IMG/VR virus record: IMGVR_UViG_3300009147_000001
Span: 1-64,000 of that record
Reading direction: 5' to 3' (one strand)
DNA: 64,000 nucleotides
DNA from: a virus
Of this stretch, positions 6,437 to 15,194 are shown piece after piece. How positions within the stretch are numbered: the stretch's first letter is position 1; each line of letters starts with the position of its first letter. Under the pieces are notes generated by a model. The model was not told the DNA's origin. It worked only from the letters and a program-made list of their open reading frames with translations, and made no database searches. Both the position numbers and the translations under genes were made by a program.

Positions 6437-8071
6437 ATGTCTAAGGCATTACAGGGATTTTTGGATGATGCAAACAAGCCGATCCCACAGAGCAAAGCTG
6501 CCGACGAACGTCAGGTAGCAAACAACGCTGGTGGTTTCACCTTTACCGTGGATGATCGCGCTCGGCTAGAGCGGTTCCTCATTCTCGGTACTGATGGGGG
6601 CACCTATTACGTAGATCAGAAGACGCTGACTGAGGACAATGCGACGTTTGTCATTGATCTGATTCAGCGCGATGCCCCACTGGTTATCAACACACTCGTC
6701 GAGATTTCTCGGGACGGTCGGGCACTTCGCCAATCGCCAATTATCTTTACCTTGGCGCTGGTGTTCAAGTATGGTAATGATGAAGCTAAGAGTGTGGCCC
6801 GGAGCATCTTCAACGATGTTATCCGCATCTCTACTCATCTTTTTGAGTTTAATCAGTATATAGAGTCTCTGGGCGGCTGGGGCCGGGCGAAGCGCTCTGC
6901 CGTGGCCGGGTGGTACACCGGTCGGGACGCGGCTGCACTGGCCTACCAGGCGGTCAAGTACCGCCAGCGTAACGGCTGGACCCACCGCGATGCCCTGCGG
7001 TTGGCCCACCCCATCGGCGTGGACGCAGCAGTGATCAACTTCATTTTGGGCAAGGACGAGCGGACCGCAGCAGCCACCACTGATGGACCAGCGATAATTC
7101 GTGGATTCAAGTTTGCGCAGGAAGCACAGACTGTTTCTGAACTACTTGGTACTGCATTGACGGATTATCCAAATCTGCCATGGGAGGCGCTGCCCACTCA
7201 ATTCCTTACCGAACCAGAAGTGTGGAAGAAGCTGTTCTACAATGGTCAACTCAACGGTCAGGCGCTTGTGCGTAATATTACTCGGCTCAGCCGTATTAAT
7301 GCTTTCAATGATATGGTGTTCGCTCGGGATTACGCTAATCGCTTGGTTGATGGGGAGATGATCCGCCGCACCCGGTTGCACCCGCTCAATTACCTTAATG
7401 CGCTGGTCGTGCATCAAGTGGGCCAGATCGATCGCAAGAATCATACGTACGGCTGGGGAATTAGCCGTATCAAGAACTGGACCACCGTTCCGGTTATTGT
7501 CGATGCCCTCAATAATGGCTTCTATGCTGCCTTTAAGCACCTCGAATCAGCCAACAAGCGCACCATGCTTGCCTTGGATGTTTCTGGGTCGATGTCGGCT
7601 ATGGCGGGTTCGGGACTAGATCTGAGCTGTGACCAGGTAACTGCGGCGATGTCGATGGCAACTGCTCGGACCGAACCATGGTATCAGATTACCGCTTTTG
7701 ATACTGGTATTAAGGACCTGGGAATTACTCCGGGACAAAACCTAGCTGAGGTGCTACAACGAGTACATATTAACAATGGTGGTGGCACCGACTGCTCATT
7801 GCCCATGACGTGGGCGTTGAAGACCAAGACTCAAGTGGACACCTTTGTGGTGTACACGGACAATGAGACCTGGGCCGGTCGAATCCACCCGCACATCGCT
7901 TTGCAGGAATACCGGCAGAAGATGGGCATTGATGCAAAGCTCGCCGTGGTAGGTATTGCTGCGACAAAGTTCACGATTGCTGATCCGAGCGACCGTGGTA
8001 TGATAGACCTCGTCGGGGCTGACTCGAACCTACCCGCGATTATTGCTAATTTCTCGGCTGGTCGAGTCTAA
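6437..8071 (+). CDS. rsr: Ro60/Rsr TROVE-domain RNA-binding protein with vWA domain
   Basis: QVANNAGGFTF, RLERFLILGTDGGTYY, KYRQRNGWTHRDALRLAHP, LALDVSGSM, GGGTDCSLPM, VYTDNETW; RBS AAGGAG. Confidence 0.97.
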   Translation: MSKALQGFLDDANKPIPQSKAADERQVANNAGGFTFTVDDRARLERFLILGTDGGTYYVDQKTLTEDNATFVIDLIQRDAPLVINTLVEISRDGRALRQSPIIFTLALVFKYGNDEAKSVARSIFNDVIRISTHLFEFNQYIESLGGWGRAKRSAVAGWYTGRDAAALAYQAVKYRQRNGWTHRDALRLAHPIGVDAAVINFILGKDERTAAATTDGPAIIRGFKFAQEAQTVSELLGTALTDYPNLPWEALPTQFLTEPEVWKKLFYNGQLNGQALVRNITRLSRINAFNDMVFARDYANRLVDGEMIRRTRLHPLNYLNALVVHQVGQIDRKNHTYGWGISRIKNWTTVPVIVDALNNGFYAAFKHLESANKRTMLALDVSGSMSAMAGSGLDLSCDQVTAAMSMATARTEPWYQITAFDTGIKDLGITPGQNLAEVLQRVHINNGGGTDCSLPMTWALKTKTQVDTFVVYTDNETWAGRIHPHIALQEYRQKMGIDAKLAVVGIAATKFTIADPSDRGMIDLVGADSNLPAIIANFSAGRV

Positions 8072-8211
8072 TGTCTCGTCAGGTCACCTACGTCTCACTT
8101 GATCCACGGGCCAGAATGCATGCGGCATTTTTCGTCGCAACACTGCTAACCTGCGGACTGGGCGCCATCCCGTGGATCATGTGGGCCATAGCCACAAGGA
8201 AAAAGAATTAA
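8071..8211 (+). CDS. Small membrane protein
   Basis: My translation MSRQVTYVSLDPRARMHAAFFVATLLTCGLGAIPWIMWAIATRKKN; start overlaps the Ro60 stop. Confidence 0.6.
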   Translation: MSRQVTYVSLDPRARMHAAFFVATLLTCGLGAIPWIMWAIATRKKN

Positions 8212-8396
8212 TAGAGTTGCTATCGGGATAACATGGGCAGAAGCGGCATGCATCTTCGAACCCAGCAGGAGTAGCTACCCTGTTCAGACAGTGTGGAATC
8301 TACTGGATACGCATGATTAGTCGAATAAACCGATAGCTTCGTAGCTGAAAGGTTATCATGGACGTTTAAAGAAAAACCACAAGATAAGGTATAGGT

Positions 8397-8525
8397 ATGG
8401 CAACATGTGGCACGTGTAGTGGTAGTGGCAGTGTCAATAATGGTGGCTTGATATTCACCTGTCCCGCATGTGGCGGCAGCGGTAAAACTCCTGATCCCAA
8501 ACCACCACCGCCGAAAAAGAAGTAA
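8397..8525 (+). CDS. Mini DnaJ-type zinc-finger peptide
   Basis: My translation MATCGTCSGSG...CPACGGSGK...PPPPKKK (two CxxCxGxG). Confidence 0.65.
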   Translation: MATCGTCSGSGSVNNGGLIFTCPACGGSGKTPDPKPPPPKKK

Positions 8526-8916
8526 AAAATCCCTTCCAGATGAAAGGTCTGGCGTTGAAGAGGGCAGTTTTCGCTAAGCGACTAGCCCGAACTCTGGGAG
8601 CAGCGATGGTCGCCACCCGCCTGTTGACTGACGAGGGACCTAATATGGTAGTGTATCGGAGTTGGCCCAAGTACTTCTAATCCTGGTTGAATGATAACGC
8701 CAGTGGTGAACTGGTACACTACCATATAAGGACAACACGTGATGAGTGAACAAACCCCAGCAGCGCGTGATGCTTTCGCTAAAGCCATGAAATGGAATTG
8801 GGTCGAGGAGGATCGCGTTTACTACTGTTCACATGGTGATTGTGTCTGGTACGGAGTATGTCAAGAGCCAGATATTCAACGAGAATATCACTGTAAACCA
8901 GCAGGTTCGAACTGAT

Positions 8917-8989
8917 GTCCATATAGCCCAAAGGCAGAGGCATCCGATTCAAAATCGGATTAGTGTAGGTTCGACTCCTACTATGGACA
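8917..8989 (+). tRNA. tRNA-Leu(CAA), short variable loop
   Basis: GTCCATA/TATGGAC, TCCGA-TTCAAAA-TCGGA, GTAGG-TTCGACT-CCTAC. Confidence 0.92.
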
Positions 8990-9098
8990 CATGAAAAGGG
9001 ATGTGACATTTAATATACACACAGAATTCTGGAAAGTATTCATGTTCTTGGATATCCCAGACGCGGGATATGTCAATATAATTTTGGAGTAACCAATA

Positions 9099-9386
9099 AT
9101 GTGCTTTGATCCGTGGGAAGAATCAATTTATACATTTGCCGCTCTCTACCTCGATGCCGTACGGGAAAGTCAAGACGAAAACCGCACCGACCTTCATCGC
9201 CATCAGTGGGCGGGCAAGGCTGAATTCTTTGAACAAGGTTATAAGGATAAGCTAACCGAACTGGATCTCGACGAGCTAGACGACTTTATCAGCGGACTCA
9301 TTGAGGACGAGTCGGATGAGCGATTGCTGAAACCAGCCGAGGCAGAGCAAAAGCGTCGAGCCGAAGAGGGCGAAATGGCAGCGTGA
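9099..9386 (+). CDS. Acidic hypothetical protein
   Basis: ORF with GGAG RBS. Confidence 0.55.
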   Translation: MCFDPWEESIYTFAALYLDAVRESQDENRTDLHRHQWAGKAEFFEQGYKDKLTELDLDELDDFISGLIEDESDERLLKPAEAEQKRRAEEGEMAA

Positions 9387-9406
9387 AAGAACGTATAACT
9401 GAATAT

Positions 9407-9481
9407 CGGGATATAGCTCAGTTAGGTTAGAGTGCTGCGTTTGGGGCGCAGATGCCGTAGGTTCGAATCCTACTATCCCGA
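9407..9481 (+). tRNA. tRNA-Pro(TGG)
   Basis: CGGGATA/TATCCCG, CTGCG-TTTGGGG-CGCAG. Confidence 0.95.
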
Positions 9482-9629
9482 CGAGTGAGATCTCGTGTGC
9501 CCAGTCTAAATGCATGTGTACCGAGTAAACATGCTATACTAAAGAGGCGATCAAGGAATCTGCACGCCAGCCACTCGGTAGTGCTGGCTGTGGGATTGTA
9601 GTGGACGATGGGTTGCCACAACTCACTCG
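9482..9629 (+). ncRNA. Unknown structured RNA with 8-bp loop-loop pairing
   Basis: CGAGTGAG/CTCACTCG closing stem; hairpin loops TACCGAGT (9519-9526) and ACTCGGTA (9573-9580) are exact complements. Confidence 0.6.
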
Positions 9630-9899
9630 CCAAATGATAATGGATTGGCAAGATGATCTGTTTGAACTATGTGCCGCTGCTGAACATGATCGCTGGGCTG
9701 AATGGCAGCGTTATCTGCATAGTCGTTGTATTTCCAACTCAGATGGTTCATTAACTATTCCATCCGACCTCGTAACCCGATGGAAACGCCAGTTCTCTAC
9801 TCCATATCACGAATTAAGTGAGGGAGAAAAGGATAGTGATCGTAAACAAGTTGCTCGATATTGGCCATTCAAAAAGCATAAGAAGACTACATAAGAGGA

Positions 9900-10169
9900 T
9901 TGATGGCAGGAACACCAAAAGAACGTCGAGCTGAAAGGCCTGGCATTTTCGTACCAAACCAAGGCAAGGTGTACTACTTTAAAGATGATCGTGAAGTACG
10001 ACGAGTAATGAACTTTTGGCAAAATAGCGGAGAAATTAGTGGCGCTAAGGCCATACGCAAAGGTGACAAACTGCCTCTCGGTGCTACCACGGTGATGGGT
10101 AACGTTCATCAAGGCCCAGGTACAAGAATAGCACATTGGCTCATTGATAAATTTTTGAAAGGTAAATAG
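9900..10169 (+). CDS. Hypothetical protein
   Basis: ORF with GAGGA RBS. Confidence 0.5.
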   Translation: MMAGTPKERRAERPGIFVPNQGKVYYFKDDREVRRVMNFWQNSGEISGAKAIRKGDKLPLGATTVMGNVHQGPGTRIAHWLIDKFLKGK

Positions 10170-10175
10170 CGATAT

Positions 10176-10248
10176 GGGCCTATAGCTCCAATGGTAGAGC
10201 ATCTGATTTGCAATCAGAGGGATGGCGGTTCGAATCCGTCTAGGTCCA
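10176..10248 (+). tRNA. tRNA-Ala(TGC)
   Basis: GGGCCTA/TAGGTCC with G3-U70, TCTGA-TTTGCAA-TCAGA. Confidence 0.95.
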
Positions 10249-10604
10249 CCCATACAGTGGAGACCACAACTATGACAATTGACTGTCCACGAACCAAAAG
10301 CTTGTTGACACCCTGCGTACTACGAGACGGCATACACGCAATCGGCTACTATAGTGAGTGTATAGAATGTAAACAGCTTGTCGGTGATCTATTAAAGGAT
10401 CTTGCAGAAAAGTATGCCTTTCTGAAGGCATCCTACGAGGAGATGGTCGAAAATGGATGAGAAGGAGGCAGCCAGGATTCGTGATGAGACAAAAAGAAAA
10501 ATTGACGAGGAGTTGGCAAAGATTACCCAGGAAGAGAAAGCAGCAGCTAGAAAATTAGCTGACGACATTGCAAAAGCCAGAAAGAGTGGAAGAGAAAACT
10601 AGTT

Positions 10605-10796
10605 ATGCCGGTAATCTGGATAAAGCGCAAGTATGCCGAGCCTAAAACAGCAGGTCGATATCGTAGTAGTCACGGAGATAGCAACAAAAAGGTCAAGAAG
10701 ACCGGTAACAAGGTTGGTGTCAGCAATCCACCACGAGGAATACGCACCCTCGTCATTGATGGGACGAGCGGGAAACGGCGTTGGGTTTGGAGGTAG
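10605..10796 (+). CDS. Small highly basic protein
   Basis: K/R-rich 63-aa ORF. Confidence 0.5.
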   Translation: MPVIWIKRKYAEPKTAGRYRSSHGDSNKKVKKTGNKVGVSNPPRGIRTLVIDGTSGKRRWVWR

Positions 10797-10987
10797 GCCA
10801 TGGTGGCGTACAACTCTACTGGTTCAGATAATACCCATACCCCAAAGGTCATTTCCAAAGGGAAAGCTCAGACTAAGGTAACGCCCGCCAAGGTTGTGAA
10901 GAAAGCCAAAAAGAAGAAGAAGTTACCGGATGAATAAGACCATACAGTTGATTAACGAAGGGCAGATCTGTTGTACGGAGCTGACTA

Positions 10988-11058
10988 GGGTGTGCGGATT
11001 GGTGTCCAGCGTTGACTGTAAATCAATAGCCATGGTGGTTCGAATCCATCCATGCCCA
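10988..11058 (+). tRNA. tRNA-Tyr(GTA), short variable loop, atypical D arm
   Basis: GGGTGTG/CATGCCC, GTTGA-CTGTAAA-TCAAT, GGTGG-TTCGAAT-CCATC. Confidence 0.88.
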
Positions 11059-11134
11059 CGGTATTGATTATGTCTCCTAGCATAATCCGCGAGAGAGGAA
11101 AGCTATCGCCTCTATACCACAAAGGATAGCATAT

Positions 11135-11208
11135 GGTCCGTTAGAGTAATTGGTGATCTCACTTCCCTCTCACGGAAGAGACTATCGGTTCGAGTCCGAT
11201 ACGGACTG
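11135..11208 (+). tRNA. tRNA-Glu(CTC)
   Basis: GGTCCGT/ACGGACT, CTTCC-CTCTCAC-GGAAG. Confidence 0.93.
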
Positions 11209-11425
11209 CATGTATATCAATGTAGAACTGCCAGAACCAATAACCATTGTCGATGATCAGAAACTAGAACTATTTGTTGGTCCAGGAATGGATACGGTTA
11301 TCGTCCATGGTAGTGGAGTAATAGAATTTCGTGGGAATGGTGGCAATGCTCCTCAGTACAGTATAGACTTATGTGACATTGCGCGCAAAATAAAAAATTC
11401 CGTGACAAAACAGACATAACGGTCG

Positions 11426-11454
11426 TTGACAACGGACTGACACGCTGCTATACT
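11426..11454 (+). promoter_or_regulatory. Sigma70/HrdB-type promoter
   Basis: TTGACA-N17-TATACT upstream of tRNA-Asp. Confidence 0.8.
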
Positions 11455-11475
11455 AGTACTAGATACGTAAAACTT

Positions 11476-11547
11476 GCGATCATAGTGTAGAGGTCTGCAT
11501 GTTGCCCTGTCAAGGCAAAGGTCGGGGATCGTTCCCCCGTGGTCGCG
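11476..11547 (+). tRNA. tRNA-Asp(GTC)
   Basis: GCGATCA/TGGTCGC, TTGCC-CTGTCAA-GGCAA; non-canonical T loop (GATCGTT). Confidence 0.88.
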
Positions 11548-11870
11548 CGTATAAAGGACGAAGGACATGGCCAAGCGTATTATATTGCACGGCATAAGTG
11601 AAGAAGATGCGTATGAAATTCAGTGGGACATAGATCATGGCAATGGCATCTTCTTCCACGCTTTCGCTAGTGAGAACTGGAAGTTTGACGACATCACAAT
11701 AGAGGATGAGCCACCTACAGAGAATGCAAATCCTGTGTAACACATAGATAGCTAGCCAGCATCGTGCTGGTTTCTATAATCCTCGGAACACGAATTTATA
11801 AATGAGACGGATGCGGTAGTGGTCGTTTAGGACGGTGCTGTGTCTCGTCACGGTTACGGTTTCGAGGTTT

Positions 11871-11942
11871 GGGCCTATAACTCAACGGAAGAGTGTCTTC
11901 CCTACAAGAAGATGGTTGGGAGTTCGAATCTCTCTGGGCCTA
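11871..11942 (+). tRNA. tRNA-Val(TAC) with C33
   Basis: GGGCCTA/TGGGCCT, TCTTC-CCTACAA-GAAGA. Confidence 0.9.
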
Positions 11943-12006
11943 CGGTGGGTATGCGATGTTCGGAAGTCCAGTTCTGACGCCCCGCGTCGCATACCCGTCC
12001 TTTTAA

Positions 12007-12080
12007 TCGGGTGTAGCTCAATCAGGCAGAGCCGATGATTGTTAATCATCTGGTTACAGGTTCGAATCCTGTCACCCGAG
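12007..12080 (+). tRNA. tRNA-Asn(GTT)
   Basis: TCGGGTG/CACCCGA, GATGA-TTGTTAA-TCATC. Confidence 0.95.
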
Positions 12081-12219
12081 CGTTGGTTTCGGTGTAGTGT
12101 AACAAGATACGATCCATAAATTAGCACACTCAACCAGTTACGATATGGGAGTCTAGCCGTAAACTAGACAGAAGAGAAGTGTCGGTGGAGAATCGGGATT
12201 CCGACCATCGAAACCAATG
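12081..12219 (+). ncRNA. Enlarged tRNA-like RNA
   Basis: 14-bp closing stem CGTTGGTTTCGGTG/CATCGAAACCAATG, TA-GTGT...GCAC D-like stem, GTCGG/CCGAC T-like stem, all with oversized loops. Confidence 0.55.
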
Positions 12220-12449
12220 GAGGTGTACGTGACGAGCGAGAATGCATCATACGAGTACATCCTTGATAGTGCGGCAGACAAGCTTGAGCGCAACCCTAGT
12301 ATTCTCCAATCGAAGGAAGCAGCTCAACTGTTAGTAGCATGGTTGCGTAAAGCACGTGATTGTGAAAGGGATAATTTCTATCCACCACCAACTGATACAT
12401 CACCTGGAATCATCATGGCCAAATATATAATAGATACAGAATCGTCGGT

Positions 12450-12782
12450 ATGGTGACAATGATGGTTACCAAATTAGTGAGAAACAAAGTACCTCAAGCT
12501 ATTCGAGATCGTGGAGAACAACCATTAACGTGGATTGCCGTGGACGGCGAATATAAAAAGCTACTACGGGCAAAATTACTCGAAGAGGTCAAAGAACTCC
12601 TTGACTCGAATGAAGTGGAAGAATTAGCTGACATATTAGAAGTTGTTTGGACAATAGCTCACGATATTTTTGATATCAGCAACAATGAACTAGAACAAAT
12701 TCGCGTGAATAAGTCGCTTGAATGGGGCGACTATAGCGATCGACACGTTCTATCATATGAAATCAACGGATCGGTACCATAG
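12450..12782 (+). CDS. MazG-like nucleotide pyrophosphohydrolase (PRA-PH-like)
   Basis: KLVRNKVP...KLLEEVKE....EELADILEV. Confidence 0.88.
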   Translation: MVTMMVTKLVRNKVPQAIRDRGEQPLTWIAVDGEYKKLLRAKLLEEVKELLDSNEVEELADILEVVWTIAHDIFDISNNELEQIRVNKSLEWGDYSDRHVLSYEINGSVP

Positions 12783-12842
12783 TGGCAATGGGTCAGACTC
12801 TTAATCTGGAAGTCGTAGGTTCGAATCCTACCCGATCCACCA
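12768..12842 (+). tRNA. tRNA-Lys(CTT), encoded CCA
   Basis: GGATCGG/CCGATCC-ACCA, TCAGA-CTCTTAA-TCTGG. Confidence 0.95.
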
Positions 12843-12851
12843 GCTCAACCA

Positions 12852-13118
12852 ATGAAGGGTATCATGGACAGCAAGGAAAGAGCGCAACTGAAGAGAATCA
12901 GGTTGCGGCGAGATGTTCCAATGGAAGAACTCGCTGCTGCAATGGGTGTTAAGCCATCACACCTCAAACTTACCGAAAACAAATCTGTAGAAGCAGTTAC
13001 CATAGACACACTTATAAAATACGTCGAAGCATTAGGTGGTGAGGTAAAGCTCATCTTTGAATTTCCCGATCGACGGTTTGCTTATAAGCCAATACACAAA
13101 AGTCATATAAAGGTGTAA
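12852..13118 (+). CDS. XRE-family HTH protein (HigA antitoxin-like)
   Basis: ELAAAMGVKPSHL...TIDTLIKYVEALGGEVKLIFEFPD. Confidence 0.85.
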   Translation: MKGIMDSKERAQLKRIRLRRDVPMEELAAAMGVKPSHLKLTENKSVEAVTIDTLIKYVEALGGEVKLIFEFPDRRFAYKPIHKSHIKV

Positions 13119-13123
13119 TCCAA

Positions 13124-13196
13124 TCTCCGGTCGACTAATTGGGCAGGTCCTTAGATTTTGGTTCTAAGTGTTGAGGTTCGAGTCCTCACCGGAGAG
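13124..13196 (+). tRNA. tRNA-Gln(TTG)
   Basis: TCTCCGG/CCGGAGA, TTAGA-TTTTGGT-TCTAA. Confidence 0.93.
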
Positions 13197-13265
13197 CATG
13201 TATCATATTGCATATGTAAAGGATGACTTCTTATAGGGCACTTTCGCCTTACTAAGGAGTCACTC

Positions 13266-13631
13266 ATGTCACGAACAGATAAAGATAAACCATATTGGCT
13301 GGGCGATCGTTACGATCCTAATCATGACTGGCGCTGTCGTAGCAATCATAGAGATTGTGACCTACCGGAATTAGACCCAAAAACTGCTGATCGTGCCTTC
13401 CACAAATCTACTACACGATGCTACTGGCAAGCTATTCACAACAACCACCGTACTTGGTGGCAAGCACCACCACCCAAGTGGTATACCGATCACGACTGGA
13501 ACAATCCACAGCGCGTCAAAATCCGGGACTACGCCCGGGAAGCGATCAAAGAGTACAACGCTAATGGAGAACTAGACAGTACGTTCCAGAATGAACAGCA
13601 CCGACACCGTTCAACGCGGCACTATTGGTGA
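13266..13631 (+). CDS. Hypothetical His/Trp/Arg-rich phage protein
   Basis: AAGGAG RBS; MSRTDKDKPYW start. Confidence 0.65.
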   Translation: MSRTDKDKPYWLGDRYDPNHDWRCRSNHRDCDLPELDPKTADRAFHKSTTRCYWQAIHNNHRTWWQAPPPKWYTDHDWNNPQRVKIRDYAREAIKEYNANGELDSTFQNEQHRHRSTRHYW

Positions 13632-13823
13632 GGTCATGAAAGTAACATGCGTTGACCGATACGTAGCGGACCTGATAAGCAAATATGGTTTTATCTTTCA
13701 GGCTCCTGCGACGAAAATAACACTATACCTGGACCAAACCGAAGAAAACTGGCGCAAATACGAGATTGGAAAGGAGTACACTCTTACTATCGAGTAAGAG
13801 TTCTATCGCAGGGGAGAGCCCAG

Positions 13824-14246
13824 ATGTTCAAGCGCGCACTCATAATCGTACCATTAGCGATCATTGCGCTGGTACTGAGCCCACAGGCGGCATTTGCCGG
13901 TAGTCCACACTTTATCAACTCGGACACTCAGGTTACGCGCGCTGACAATACACTAACGGTATCTGGCAAAGAAGCTGGTCTTGGTGGTGAACTACAGGTA
14001 CATATTGTTCTGACCGCCACGGCTCTGTGCATTAACCCAGGTGGTAATCACCCCAAGGCAAATAACAAAATGGACGTAACGGCATCTGGTGATTTTCCAG
14101 TACAAAATGGTAAAGCGGATTTCTCCCTAAACGTGACCGCAGTGTTTACTCCAGATTGCAGTCCGCCGATGACAGTTGAGTTTACCAACATAGTTATCAC
14201 GGACACTACTAATGATCTTACCATGAACATACCAGGAACACTCTAA
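13824..14246 (+). CDS. Secreted hypothetical protein
   Basis: Signal peptide AAFA/G, two Cys, beta-rich. Confidence 0.7.
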   Translation: MFKRALIIVPLAIIALVLSPQAAFAGSPHFINSDTQVTRADNTLTVSGKEAGLGGELQVHIVLTATALCINPGGNHPKANNKMDVTASGDFPVQNGKADFSLNVTAVFTPDCSPPMTVEFTNIVITDTTNDLTMNIPGTL

Positions 14247-14321
14247 CCTGTTGATGGTCGAGCTGGCGGTAATGCCCGTACCTGCTAATAATGCTAGTGT
14301 ATGCTTGCGGGAACCATTTAC

Positions 14322-14395
14322 GTCCATATAGCTCAGTGGAATAGAGCGCTACCCTCCGAAGGTAGAAGTCGTTGGTTCGAGTCCAACTATGGACG
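14322..14395 (+). tRNA. tRNA-Arg(CCG)
   Basis: GTCCATA/TATGGAC, CTACC-CTCCGAA-GGTAG. Confidence 0.95.
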
Positions 14396-14600
14396 CGTCA
14401 ATAACATGCCATTGAATGTATATGGCAGGAGAATTACATGAGTCGTGAAGCAGTTAAATTCCTCTGGTTGCTCATGGCATTTTTACTTGCCCTTCTGGGC
14501 ATCGATTGGCTCATCACGAATATGGCATATGGTATTGCTCCGTGGTGGCTAGCACCTACGATGATTGCCGTGGCAGTAGGACTCTATAGCACTAGGGAAT

Positions 14601-14673
14601 GCCTCTATAGCTCAAAGGATAGAGCAGGGCCTTCCTAAGGTCCAGGTTGTAGGTTCGAGTCCTACTAGGGGCG
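14601..14673 (+). tRNA. tRNA-Arg(CCT)
   Basis: GCCTCTA/TAGGGGC, GGGCC-TTCCTAA-GGTCC. Confidence 0.95.
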
Positions 14674-14708
14674 CCTATACACCAACATTAACATATTAAA
14701 GGAATGTT

Positions 14709-15194
14709 ATGGAATCAAATTTTAGTCTCCGTGACTTGGTTCGCCAAATATTGGACGAGACCAATCTGACTAACCCTACAGATATTGCCAACGCAGTAGC
14801 TGATCGGACTCCCGATGAGGAAGTCATGTCGGCATACAAGATTGCCCTTACACAATACGTGCGTGTTATCAATAATGATGGACGTCGTGAAAATATCATC
14901 ATCAACCCACGCTTGGCACAAAAGTTCAATCCATCAGCCAAGGTAGTTGCCATTCGAACTGCCCATCAACGTGCCCTGCACGATCGGGTATTCATGGGTA
15001 GTGACTCGAAGCTGCTTGGGGACTGCGGGTACGATGATCTGGTCAAGGCGGCTAAGTTTCGCCGTGAACTGGCAGATCGCAACCTCATCATCGCCCAGCG
15101 ATACCAATACCTAGCCCAACTACTGCTTAATTTTGGTGTGGCAACGGTATCACAACTTCCCCCAGAAGCATTCGAATGGAATGGCAATGACTGA
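14709..15194 (+). CDS. Helical hypothetical protein translationally coupled to the Nop-domain gene
   Basis: AAAGGA RBS; stop overlaps ATG 15187; KLLGDCGYDDL motif. Confidence 0.75.
   Translation: MESNFSLRDLVRQILDETNLTNPTDIANAVADRTPDEEVMSAYKIALTQYVRVINNDGRRENIIINPRLAQKFNPSAKVVAIRTAHQRALHDRVFMGSDSKLLGDCGYDDLVKAAKFRRELADRNLIIAQRYQYLAQLLLNFGVATVSQLPPEAFEWNGND

Noticed and set aside
8618-8640. Hammerhead ribozyme (CTGACGA)
   Set aside because: No correctly placed stem II followed by GAAA.
8798-8915. Fourth Y RNA (TTGGGTCGAG motif)
   Set aside because: Lacks the CATATCC 3' motif and tRNA-like arms; explained by a small Cys/His ORF (MSEQTPAARD...HCKPAGSN) with an RBS.
11094-11130. preQ1-I riboswitch
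   Set aside because: P1 looks similar but the loop lacks the conserved UUC and the A-rich tail; no queuosine gene follows.
11871-11942. Amber suppressor tRNA (CTA in the loop) explaining the helicase stop
   Set aside because: The 7-nt loop CCTACAA centres on TAC (Val); CTA is off-register.
14250-14321. Y RNA candidate (GATGGTCGAG)
   Set aside because: Only short stems and no matching 3' strand motif.
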